A DNA stretch of 24,000 bases from contig CAWJOX010000026.1 in the NCBI GenBank assembly GCA_963844545.1, positions 1,040,730-1,064,729 on the forward strand, in the 5' to 3' direction. The stretch's first letter is position 1; the number at the start of each line of letters is the position of its first letter. The position numbers and the translations under genes were made by a program. Under the pieces are notes generated by a model. It was not told the origin of the DNA. It made no database searches and worked only from the letters and a program-made list of their open reading frames with translations. This stretch comes from an uncultured Alphaproteobacteria bacterium (GTDB taxonomy: Bacteria; Pseudomonadota; Alphaproteobacteria; Rhizobiales; Xanthobacteraceae). This document shows, piece after piece, positions 1-7,871 of the stretch.

Positions 1-514
1 GGGCTGCGCGACGTGACGATCTTCGCCAGCGGCGGTCTCGATGAAGATTCGATCGCTGCTTTCGTCAAGGTGAATGCACCGATTGACGGGCTCGGCGTCG
101 GCACCAGTCTCACCACGTCCGCGGACGCTCCGACGCTCGATTGCGTCTACAAATTGCAGGAATACGCCGGCCTGCCGCGGCGCAAGCAGTCGGCAAAGAA
201 AGCCACTTGGCCGGGCCGCAAACAAGTGTGGCGCCGCTACGACGCAGACGGCCGCATGATTGGCGACCTGCTAGGGCGTTGAAGGCGAAGTGAAAGAGGG
301 CGAGCCATTGATCCAGCCGGTGATGCAAAACGGCAAACGCCTGCGGTCTGCGCCATCGCTCGACGAAATTCGCCAACACGCCAAGCGCGAGCTGCAACGA
401 TTGCCGGCCCCCTTGCGCGCGCTTGATCCGGCCATGACCTATCCGGTGACGGTCGCCGACGAACTCAAAGCGCTGGCGGCAGAGTTTGATCGGCGTTTGC
501 AAACGGCGAAATGA
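1..514 (+). pseudogene. pncB: Nicotinate phosphoribosyltransferase, 3' part (gene starts upstream of window); frame broken by an apparent 1-nt insertion in the GGG run at 274-276
   Basis: Frame 1 is open from nt 1 and reads ...FASGGLDEDSI...GLGVGTSL...CVYKLQEY...GRKQVWRRYDADGRMIGDLLGR*, which is NAPRTase-like. The expected C-terminus continues in frame 2 (ORF 290..514: EGEPLIQPVMQNGKRL..SLDEIRQHAKRELQRLP). Removing one G from cta-GGG-cgt gives a continuous ...GDLLGVEGEVKEGEPL.... The TGA stop at 512-514 overlaps the pncA ATG (ATGA). Confidence 0.8.
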
Positions 515-1158
515 AAAGCATGAACGAAGGCGCGACCATCGGCGGCAATGAAGTTCTGATCGTCATCGACGTGCAGAACGATTTCTGTCCGGGCGGTGCG
601 CTCGCGGTGCCGCGCGGCGACGAGATCGTTCCGATCGTCAATCGTCTGGCGGCGCGATTCCGTAATGTCGTGTTGACGCAGGACTGGCATCCGCACGGCC
701 ACTTCTCGTTTGCTTCAAGTCACGTTGGCAAAAAGCCGTTCGAGACCATCGCCGCATCCTACGGTCCGCAAGTGTTGTGGCCGGGCCACTGCGTGCAGGG
801 CACGCCTGGCGCCGCATTTCATCCGGCGCTCGACATTCCGCATGCCGCCTTGGTGCTGCGCAAAGGCATGGAACCCACGATCGATTCCTATTCGGCGTTC
901 TACGAGAACGATCGCAAGACGCCGACCGGGCTCGTCGGCTATTTGCGCGAGCGCGGCCTCACTCGCGCATTCATCGCCGGGCTCGCGTTCGATTTCTGCG
1001 TGCGTTACTCGGCCGAAGACGCACAGCGCGAGGGCTTTACGGTCTTCGTGGTCGAGGATGCCTGCCGCGGCATTGACGTTGATGGCTCGGTCGCCGCAAC
1101 CCGGGCGAGTCTCACAACGCTGGGCGTGGCCTGCATCTCGGCGCTCGCCGCCGCTTGA
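511..1158 (+). CDS. pncA: Nicotinamidase/pyrazinamidase (isochorismatase fold)
   Basis: 215-aa ORF with PncA hallmarks: LIVIDVQNDFCPGGALAV, TQDWHPxxHxSF, and AGLAFDFCV (catalytic Cys). Translationally coupled to pncB, the next enzyme of the NAD salvage pathway. Confidence 0.9.
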   Translation: MKSMNEGATIGGNEVLIVIDVQNDFCPGGALAVPRGDEIVPIVNRLAARFRNVVLTQDWHPHGHFSFASSHVGKKPFETIAASYGPQVLWPGHCVQGTPGAAFHPALDIPHAALVLRKGMEPTIDSYSAFYENDRKTPTGLVGYLRERGLTRAFIAGLAFDFCVRYSAEDAQREGFTVFVVEDACRGIDVDGSVAATRASLTTLGVACISALAAA

Positions 1159-1351
1159 ACCCTGCCAAGGGCCTGCCATCGTTATACAATTCCAGTACTG
1201 CGGCATACACTTACGGCGACGCAGCGTACTCCTGTGTGCAACGCACAAAGTCGTTGACTCTACGTTGCAGAGGCAGGACATTACAAAAATGTAAACCGCC
1301 GGTATCCGAATGCGTCATCAAACCGTCGCACCGTCCAGTCTGCCGTCGCTG

Positions 1352-1525
1352 ATGATGCCTTGTCCGGTATGCGCTGGGCGCATGGTCTACCAAAGCCGCC
1401 GTCCGATTACCTCCGAAGTCGAAGATACCGTCTACGCCTGCCGCAGCTGCGGCGCGGAGTTGATCCGCACCTCAGCAAGCCATGCCGCCAAGCCCGGACA
1501 GATCAAAAGCGCCGAAGCCGCCTGA
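1352..1525 (+). CDS. Small zinc-ribbon protein (CPVC...CRSC), hypothetical; start could also be 1310
   Basis: ORF 1310..1525. From MMPCPVCAGRM...YACRSCGAEL it has two CxxC pairs typical of a zinc ribbon. Third-codon positions are strongly G/C-biased by hand count, as in the neighbouring real genes. No clear Shine-Dalgarno sequence. Confidence 0.5.
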   Translation: MMPCPVCAGRMVYQSRRPITSEVEDTVYACRSCGAELIRTSASHAAKPGQIKSAEAA

Positions 1526-2425
1526 TCAGTTCAATCCCATCTGTCGCAGCACGGCGCGGCCGAGCAGGCCGTAGGGATTGGCGAAGGTTTCGAAAATCTC
1601 GAAATGATTGTAGTTCTCGCCGACGATCAGTTCGGCCGGCTTTCCCGCCGCCTTGACCGCTGCGAAAAAGTCGCGCGCCTGGCGCTGAAATTCCGGCGTC
1701 TCGCAGGTGCCGTGCGCAATCAGAAGCGGCATCGTCAGGCCATCGATATGGCGCATCGCGCTTAAGGCCTGCTCCATCTCGTCGGTGAATTTGACGTAGG
1801 CCGAGCGCTTCGACAGCCGCACCGGCTCGAGGTCGTACATGCCGCTGATCAGCAGCGCGCCCTTGCAGAAATCGGGCGGCAGGCCCTCGTCGCGCCAGCC
1901 CCGCGACAGCGCACAGGAGGAAAGGTGCGAGCCGGACGAGTGCGACGAGACGTAAAGCCGGCTGCGGTCGCCGCCGAAGCTTTCGGCGTTGCGCCACACC
2001 CAGGCGATCGCGCGGCTGACTTGCCGGTACATCGGAAACAGATTGCCGCCGGTCTGGTCGACATTGGTGAAATCGAGAACGACGGCATGCGCGCCGGCGC
2101 CGACGATCGGCTCGGCGACGAGCGCATTGGTCGCGGCGCTGCCGACGCGCCAGGCGCCGCCATGGACGAAAATATTGATCGGCGCGCCAGCGCTCGGCGC
2201 TGAGGGGGTGCGGTAAATGTCGAGCGCCTCAATCTCGCTCGGCCCGTAGGCGATGCGCTGCGGCGCGCCGAGAGCTGCGCGGGCGCGCCCGCTCGCGGCC
2301 GCGATCCGCGCCAGCACGAGGTCGCGGTTCGGCGCGTAGATCAGTTGATCGTAGGCGTCGTCGAGCGCTTTCTGGTCCATGTCGCGCCAGACCAGCGGGC
2401 CGCGCGCGGGTGCTCTTTCTTGCAT
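1526..2425 (-). CDS. Alpha/beta-hydrolase fold protein (esterase/arylformamidase-like)
   Basis: 299-aa ORF with an HGGAW oxyanion-hole motif, an SSHSSGSH nucleophile elbow, and a late His (NYNHF). Lies 49 nt downstream of fumA on the same strand. Confidence 0.8.
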   Translation of the reverse strand: MQERAPARGPLVWRDMDQKALDDAYDQLIYAPNRDLVLARIAAASGRARAALGAPQRIAYGPSEIEALDIYRTPSAPSAGAPINIFVHGGAWRVGSAATNALVAEPIVGAGAHAVVLDFTNVDQTGGNLFPMYRQVSRAIAWVWRNAESFGGDRSRLYVSSHSSGSHLSSCALSRGWRDEGLPPDFCKGALLISGMYDLEPVRLSKRSAYVKFTDEMEQALSAMRHIDGLTMPLLIAHGTCETPEFQRQARDFFAAVKAAGKPAELIVGENYNHFEIFETFANPYGLLGRAVLRQMGLN

Positions 2426-2474
2426 TGACTGTCTCTCTCACTTTTCCTTTGCCGCTTCGCAGGGCAGGACGACG

Positions 2475-4146
2475 CTACCCCAAATTCAGTTCCTTGAAAA
2501 AGTCGTTGCCCTTGTCGTCGATGACGATGAAGGCCGGGAAATCCACCACCTCGATCCGCCAGATCGCCTCCATGCCGAGTTCCGGATATTCGATGCACTC
2601 GACCTTCTTGATGCAGTGCTCGGCGAGGTTGGCCGCGGCGCCGCCGATCGAGGCGAGATAGAAGCCGCCGTGTTTCTTGCAGGCTTCGCGCACGGTCGCC
2701 GCGCGGTTGCCCTTCGCCAGCATCACCATCGAGCCGCCGGCGGCCTGGAAATCGGCGACGAACGAATCCATGCGGCCGGCCGTGGTCGGGCCGAACGCGC
2801 CGGAGGCGTAGCCTTCCGGCGTCTTCGCCGGGCCGGCGTAATACACCGGATGGTTCTTGAAATAATCCGGCAGCGGTTCGCCGCGCTCCAGCCGCTCGCG
2901 CAGTTTGCCGTGGGCGGCATCGCGCGCCACGATCATCGGCCCCGACAGCGACAGCCGGGTCTTGATCGGATACTTGCGCGAGCTGCGCCAGAATTTCCTT
3001 CATCGGCTTGTTGAGATCGATCTGCACCACCTCGCCGCCGAGATGCGAGGTGTCGATGTCCGGCAGGTACTTCGCCGGATTGTGCTCGAGCTCTTCCAGG
3101 AACACGCCGTCGCGGGTGATCTTGCCGAGCGCCTGGCGGTCGGCCGAGCACGATACGCCGAGCCCGATCGGCAGCGAGGCGCCGTGGCGCGGCAGCCGGA
3201 TCACGCGCACGTCGTGGCAGAAATATTTGCCGCCGAACTGCGCGCCGACGCCGAGCGACTGCGTCATCTTCTGAATTTCCTGCTCCATCTCCCTGTCGCG
3301 GAAGGCGTGGCCGTCCTCGGAGCCGTGCTCGGGCAGCGTGTCGTAATATTTGCACGAGGCGAGCTTGACCGTTTTCATGGTCATTTCGGCGGAAGTGCCG
3401 CCGATCACGATGGCGAGATGGTACGGCGGGCAGGCGGCGGTGCCGAGCGTCAGCACTTTCTCTTTCAGGAACGGCAGCAAGCGTTCGCGTGACAGGATCG
3501 ACGGCGTCGCCTGGAACAGAAACGACTTGTTGGCCGAGCCGCCGCCCTTGGCGATGAACAGAAACTTGTAGGCGGCGTCATGCTCGGCATGGTTGGCATC
3601 ATGGCCCTCGGCGTAGATTTCCACCTGCGCCGGCATGTTCGAGCGGGTGTTCTTCTCTTCGAACATCGAGATCGGCGCCAGCTGCGAATAGCGCAGATTG
3701 CGTTTCAGATACGCATCGCGGGCGCCCTCGGCCAGCGCCGCCTCGTCGTCGCCGCCGGTCCAGATGAGCCGGCCCTTCTTGCCCATGATGATCGCGGTGC
3801 CGGTGTCCTGGCACATCGGCAGCACGCCGCCGGCGGCGATATTGGCGTTCTTGAGAAAATCGTAAGCGACGAACTTGTCGTTATCCGACGCTTCCGGGTC
3901 CTCGACGATATGTTTGAGGCTGGCAAGATGCGCGGGGCGGAGCAGATGATTGATGTCGGTGAACGCCGCCTCCGCCAGCGCGCGGAGCGCGTCGCGGGGC
4001 ACCACCAGTACTTCTTCGCCCAACACGAGCTCGACCCGCACGCCCTCGGCGGCGATCTTGCGGTACGGCGTCTGATCCTTGCCAAGCGGGAACAGCGGCG
4101 TGTGCTTGTAGGGCGGCGTCGGATGGGAGGTAAGGGGGGCGTTCAT
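2475..4146 (-). pseudogene. fumA: Class I (Fe-S dependent) fumarate hydratase, frame broken once near 2975-2982
   Basis: The N-terminal ~390 aa of ORF 2341..4146 match class I fumarase ([48 protein letters not shown]). After ...KEILAQLA the frame becomes an Arg/Gly-rich nonsense tail. The true C-terminal domain is ORF 2475..2936 ([12 protein letters not shown]...[12 protein letters not shown]...GPTTAGRMD...MLAKGNR...[26 protein letters not shown]). On the - strand, ctc gcg c aag tat ccg atc aag acc... reads [19 protein letters not shown] once a single base is removed. The span is 1672 nt (3n+1). Confidence 0.85.
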
Positions 4147-4222
4147 TCTGCGTTACCTTGTCGGGACCGGCTCGCGGTTATAGCGCAATCGGGAGCTTCG
4201 TCACATGAGGGGGCGTTGACGG

Positions 4223-4245
4223 GCGCTCAGAGTTGCGCGCTCAGA
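4223..4245. promoter_or_regulatory. 9-bp direct repeat GCGCTCAGA x2 (period 14) in the fumA upstream region
   Basis: gcgctcaga at 4223-4231 and again at 4237-4245, 77-99 nt upstream of the fumA start (4146, - strand). Function unknown. Confidence 0.25.
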
Positions 4246-4300
4246 ATCGCCGTGAGGCTCTCCTACAAATTCGTTCACGCGACGCTGGCGCATGATTCAT

Positions 4301-4961
4301 CCCGCCCCGCGAAAGCGGGGAGGGGGGACCGCGCGTAGCGCGGTGGGAGGGGTGCGGAACCCGACGATGTTTCCGTCGGCGCCAGCAAATCTCCACCGCC
4401 GACGCCCGCTCCACCACACTTTGTGTGTCTCGCTCCCCCGCTATCGCGAGGGCGGAAAACGATCTCGTTTTCGCGGCGCGGCTGCGTCCGAGCTTTGCAA
4501 CGAAGCGGAACGAATCTTTTCCCTCCAGAAAAAGGGAGGCGAAGCGTCGAAAGACGCACCATCCATTGGCCGTGCTCGTGCAAGCCCGGATGAAGCGAAG
4601 CGAAATCGGGCTACAACGACTAAGGAAAAAGGAAGCGGAACGCCGACAAACGTGTGTCCAACCTCCGCATCTCGCGATGCGGCGCGCACCCTTTCTCTTT
4701 CCCCTCCCCCGCTTGCGGGGGAGGATTGGGAGGGGGCACGCTCGCCTGTCGGCGTTCCACCACGGCTCTTGCGTCAGCGAGCGAACGCCGACGCTCAGCT
4801 CCAGGCCAGGCTTCCTGGGACTCGGCAGGACGCTCGATCCTGTAAGCTCGCTCCAACCGGGGAGCAAAGACCTTGCGCTTCTTCGTGCATGATCCGGAAA
4901 AGTGGAAACCGGTTTTCCGAAAAGATCATGCACCACTACTCACGGGCGTTACCCGCGCCCG
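4301..4961. repeat. Mosaic of at least 12 different GC-rich palindromic (REP/RIME-like) hairpin elements in a non-coding gap
   Basis: Hand-verified stems: 4305-4320 CCCCGC-gaaa-GCGGGG; 4328-4344 ACCGCGC-gta-GCGCGGT; 4361-4379 CCGACG..CGTCGG; GAAAACGA-tc-TCGTTTTC near 4455-4472; 4521-4539 CCCTCC..GGGAGG; 4544-4557 GCGTC-gaaa-GACGC; 4665-4682 CCGCATC-tcgc-GATGCGG; 4703-4724 CCTCCCCCGC-tt-GCGGGGGAGG; 4748-4792 GTCGGCGTTC..GAACGCCGAC; 4806-4818 CCAGG-ctt-CCTGG; 4885-4933 (listed separately below); 4943-4961 CGGGCG..CGCCCG. The long ORFs here (231 aa on -, 241 aa on +) are low-complexity translations of these repeats. Confidence 0.85.
4885..4933. repeat. 49-bp element with 10-bp perfect terminal inverted repeats (GTGCATGATC...GATCATGCAC) and an inner hairpin
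   Basis: gtgcatgatc-cggaaaagtggaaaccggttttccgaaaa-gatcatgcac. An inner CGGAAAA..TTTTCCG stem is present. From memory this resembles a dispersed intergenic repeat seen in Bradyrhizobiaceae genomes; this was not checked. Confidence 0.7.
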
Positions 4962-5204
4962 CCTGTCCCAGTCCAGGGAACGCACCTCCCAGACCGGTCA
5001 TAGTGCCGGCCGGATGATGCCCGAAGCCGCTCCAGCGCGGATTGCAAAACCGCGCGGGAGCACCGCACTCGCTCCGTGTTCAGGTGTGCCTCGAGAACAC
5101 GACCCTTCAAGATGAGCGAGATGTGTGCCATGTAACATAACCTAGTCACCACGTCAAGGACATTTTGTCCGCCGATCGGCGACGACAAATTACGAGGATT
5201 GAGC

Positions 5205-5227
5205 AAAAAAGCGTGCTGTTAACGCGC
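5205..5227 (-). terminator. Weak candidate intrinsic terminator at the end of mazF
   Basis: The - strand reads GCGCG-ttaacag-CACGC followed by TTTTTT. The 5-bp stem includes one G-U pair and the stop codon sits in the loop. The stem is short, so this is low confidence. Confidence 0.3.
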
Positions 5228-5551
5228 GAGGCCGAGAACGAGCAGTAACGCGCTGTCTAAGCGGTCGCTGGTCAAGTTATCGATGATTCCGATCACCGCT
5301 CGTATCCGAGCGCGAGGGATCGCCAGCACTCTATCCGTCATGATTTGGGAACGGACGCGAAGTCCATTGCTGTCCGCAGCCTCAACGATTGGTCTGATGG
5401 GCAGCTTTTCGACGATTTCGGATGTTATCGGACAAGCAAGCACCGTTGTGGTGGTACCACCCAATTCATCAGCTTGAACAACCACCGCCGGACGAGGTCT
5501 ACCGAGTTCGCCATAAGCGACGATGACGACGTCGCCGCGTTTCACCGCCAC
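5219..5551 (-). CDS. mazF: PemK/MazF-family type II toxin (endoribonuclease fold)
   Basis: 110 aa: MAVKRGDVVIV...GRPRPAVVVQAD...VLACPITS...RPIVEA...GLRVRSQIMTDRVLAIPRARI is a typical PemK/MazF pattern. The GTG start overlaps the antitoxin stop (GTGGCGGTGA). Confidence 0.85.
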   Translation of the reverse strand: MAVKRGDVVIVAYGELGRPRPAVVVQADELGGTTTTVLACPITSEIVEKLPIRPIVEAADSNGLRVRSQIMTDRVLAIPRARIRAVIGIIDNLTSDRLDSALLLVLGLAR

Positions 5552-5787
5552 TCGCTCGTATCGTAGATCGCCTCAATCCACGCATCGATCGGGTCGTTCT
5601 TTGGATGCCGAGCGAGTAACTTGCCCTGCCGGCGGAGATCGGCCCGTACCTGCGGATCGCGCACGTCGGGCACCCAGTGCTGAACAGGGCGCAGGCCTTG
5701 CGCGCGCAACCGCTTGCGCCGGGCGCTCATTCGCTCCATGGCGGTCTTAGGTCCATTCTTTGGTCGCGGCGTGGTCGCCATGACCAT
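5542..5787 (-). CDS. mazE: MazE-family antitoxin (DUF3018-type)
   Basis: ...RRKRLRAQGLRPVQHWVPDVRDPQVRADLRRQGKLLA... matches the R-rich / GLRPVQxWVPD signature of DUF3018/MazE antitoxins that pair with PemK toxins. Start chosen at ATG 5785-5787 (MVMATT); ATG 5779-5781 is equally possible. The upstream part of ORF 5542..5841 is probably untranslated. Confidence 0.8.
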   Translation of the reverse strand: MVMATTPRPKNGPKTAMERMSARRKRLRAQGLRPVQHWVPDVRDPQVRADLRRQGKLLARHPKNDPIDAWIEAIYDTSEWR

Positions 5788-5803
5788 CCGTAACATGTTA
5801 CGG
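5788..5803. promoter_or_regulatory. Perfect 16-bp palindrome CCGTAACATGTTACGG abutting the mazE start; candidate TA operator
   Basis: Verified self-complementary by hand. It lies immediately 5' of the antitoxin start codon on the - strand, where type II TA systems usually autoregulate. Confidence 0.5.
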
Positions 5804-5880
5804 ACAATGTTGCAACGCTCCGATTGCGTGTTCGGACGCAACGGGGAAAGCCATCCCTAATGTCGCAGCCGCAGCACGGC

Positions 5881-7686
5881 TCACACATCCACCTTCAGCG
5901 CGGCGATAAACGCCTCCTGCGGGATGTCGACCTTGCCGAACTGGCGCATGCGCTTCTTGCCTTCCTTCTGCTTCTCCAGAAGTTTGCGCTTGCGCGTCAC
6001 GTCGCCGCCGTAGCATTTCGCGGTCACGTCTTTCCTGAAGGCGCGCACGGTTTCCCGGGCGATGATCTTGCCGCCGATCGCGGCCTGGATCGGCACCTGG
6101 AACATGTGCGGCGGGATGAGTTCTTTCAGCTTCTCCGCCATGGCGCGGCCGCGCTGCTCGGCGCGTGTGCGGTGCACCAGCATCGCCAGCGCGTCCACCG
6201 GCTCGCCGTTGACCAGCATCTGCAGCTTCACCAGATCGGCCGGTTTGTAGTCGGTGAGGTGGTAGTCGAACGAGGCATAGCCGCGCGAGACCGATTTCAG
6301 GCGGTCGTAGAAATCGAACACCACTTCGTTGAGCGGCAAATTGTATTTGACCATGGCGCGATTGCCGACGTAGGTCAGCTCCTTTTGCTCGCCGCGGCGG
6401 TCCTGGCAGAGCTTGAGCACCGCGCCGAGGTATTCATCGGGCGTCAAAATGGTCGCCTCGATCCATGGCTCCTGCATTTCCTCGATGTGGTTCGGGTCCG
6501 GCATGTCGACCGGGTTGTGAATCTCAAGCTGCTGGCCGTTCCGCAATTTGATCTTGTAGATCACCGACGGCGCGGTCGCGATCAGGTTGAGATTGAACTC
6601 GCGCTCAAGCCGCTCCTGGATGATCTCGAGGTGGAGCAACCCGAGAAAGCCGCAGCGGAAGCCGAAGCCGAGCGCCGCCGAGGTCTCCATCTCATAGGAA
6701 AAACTCGCGTCATTGAGCCGGAGCCTGCCCATGGCGGCGCGGAGCGCTTCGAAGTCGGCGGCATCGACAGGAAACAACCCGCAAAACACCACGGGAATGG
6801 CGGGGCGGAAGCCGGGCAGCGGCGCAGCGACCGGCCGGCGCTCATCGGTGATGGTGTCGCCAACGCGGGTGTCGGCCACTTCCTTGATCGAGGCGGTGAG
6901 GAAGCCGATTTCGCCGGGTCCCAGTTCGTCGCGCTCGACACGTTTGGGCGTGAACACGCCGACGCGATCGACCTCATAGGAGGCGCCGGTCCCCATCATG
7001 CGGATGCGCTGGCCCTTCTTCAGCACGCCGTCGACGACGCGGAACAGCACGACCACGCCGAGATAGGCGTCGTACCAGCTGTCGACGAGCAGCGCCTTGA
7101 GCGGTGCCGCGGCGTCGCCTTTGGGCGGCGGCAGTCGATGCACGATCGCTTCCAGCACCTCTGGGACGTTCAGCCCGGTCTTGGCCGAGATCAGGATCGC
7201 GTCGGAGGCGTCGAGACCGATCACGTCCTCAATCTGCTGCTTGACCTTGTCGGGCTCGGCGGCCGGCAGATCGACCTTGTTGAGCACCGGCACGATCTCG
7301 TGGTTGTTGTCGATCGCTTGGTAGACGTTGGCTAGCGTCTGTGCCTCGACGCCCTGGCTCGCATCGACAACCAGGAGCGAGCCTTCGCAGGCGGCGAGCG
7401 AGCGGTTGACCTCGTAGGCGAAATCGACATGGCCGGGCGTGTCGATCAGGTTGAGCACGTAATCCTTGCCGTCGCGGGCGCGATAATTGAGCCGCACGGT
7501 TTGTGCCTTGATGGTGATGCCGCGCTCGCGCTCGATATCCATCGAATCGAGCACCTGCTCGACCATTTCGCGCGCTTCGAGTCCGCCGGTGAGCTGGATC
7601 AGCCGGTCGGCGAGCGTCGATTTGCCATGGTCGATGTGGGCAATAATCGAGAAATTACGGATGTTTTCGATGGGCACTGCAGTCAT
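5881..7686 (-). CDS. lepA: Translation elongation factor 4 (LepA/EF4)
   Basis: 601 aa from [29 protein letters not shown], with G motifs DTPGHVDF and NKVDL, and a LepA-specific C-terminus ...[34 protein letters not shown]. It is the 3' two-thirds of the artefactual 1051-aa ORF 5881..9036. Confidence 0.95.
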   Translation of the reverse strand: MTAVPIENIRNFSIIAHIDHGKSTLADRLIQLTGGLEAREMVEQVLDSMDIERERGITIKAQTVRLNYRARDGKDYVLNLIDTPGHVDFAYEVNRSLAACEGSLLVVDASQGVEAQTLANVYQAIDNNHEIVPVLNKVDLPAAEPDKVKQQIEDVIGLDASDAILISAKTGLNVPEVLEAIVHRLPPPKGDAAAPLKALLVDSWYDAYLGVVVLFRVVDGVLKKGQRIRMMGTGASYEVDRVGVFTPKRVERDELGPGEIGFLTASIKEVADTRVGDTITDERRPVAAPLPGFRPAIPVVFCGLFPVDAADFEALRAAMGRLRLNDASFSYEMETSAALGFGFRCGFLGLLHLEIIQERLEREFNLNLIATAPSVIYKIKLRNGQQLEIHNPVDMPDPNHIEEMQEPWIEATILTPDEYLGAVLKLCQDRRGEQKELTYVGNRAMVKYNLPLNEVVFDFYDRLKSVSRGYASFDYHLTDYKPADLVKLQMLVNGEPVDALAMLVHRTRAEQRGRAMAEKLKELIPPHMFQVPIQAAIGGKIIARETVRAFRKDVTAKCYGGDVTRKRKLLEKQKEGKKRMRQFGKVDIPQEAFIAALKVDV

Positions 7687-7732
7687 GCGGCGCAGATAAC
7701 ACTCGCATTCCACAGCGGCAAGCTCATCCCAT

Positions 7733-7868
7733 CCTCTCCCTTGCGGGAGAGGCGACAAGTCCGCGACGGCGGACTTGTCGGTGAGGGTCGAGTTTGATTG
7801 CGGCGGTGCGTACAGGCCCTCACCCGCCTCGCGTTCGCTCGGCGTCCTCCCCCGGAGCGGGAGAGGGA
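7733..7868. repeat. Four consecutive REP-like hairpins between the GT2-GtrA stop and the lepA start
   Basis: 7733-7752 CCTCTCCC-ttgc-GGGAGAGG (perfect); 7753-7780 CGACAAGTCC-gcgacggc-GGACTTGTCG (perfect 10 bp); 7781-7823 GTGAGGG..CCCTCAC; 7847-7868 imperfect CCTCCCCC..GGGAGAGG. The first and last are variants of the 4703-4724 element. Confidence 0.8.
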
Positions 7869-7871
7869 AGT

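Noticed and set aside
2341-2974. C-terminal about 210 aa of the 601-aa ORF 2341..4146, which overlaps the hydrolase gene
   Set aside because: It is an Arg/Gly/Pro-rich nonsense sequence produced by reading past the fumA frameshift. The genuine fumarase C-terminal domain is in the adjacent frame (2475..2936).
4301-4961. Possible CRISPR array, given the many short palindromes
   Set aside because: The hairpins all differ in sequence, have irregular spacing, show no constant repeat unit, and no cas genes are present.
4241-5017. 231-aa (-) and 241-aa (+) ORFs in the fumA-mazF gap
   Set aside because: Both are translations of the palindromic repeat mosaic, and the same DNA is open on both strands. 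They are low complexity and lack a coding-type third-position bias.
5824-7335. Long antisense ORFs opposite real genes: 503 aa opposite lepA, 306 aa at 10799..11719 opposite ahcY, 252 aa at 3580..4338 opposite fumA, and 182-255 aa ORFs opposite the chvG/hprK/manX genes
   Set aside because: These are typical stop-codon-poor antisense frames of high-GC DNA. Their products are Arg/Ala/Gly/Asp-rich and low complexity with no motifs, while the opposite strand encodes strongly conserved proteins.
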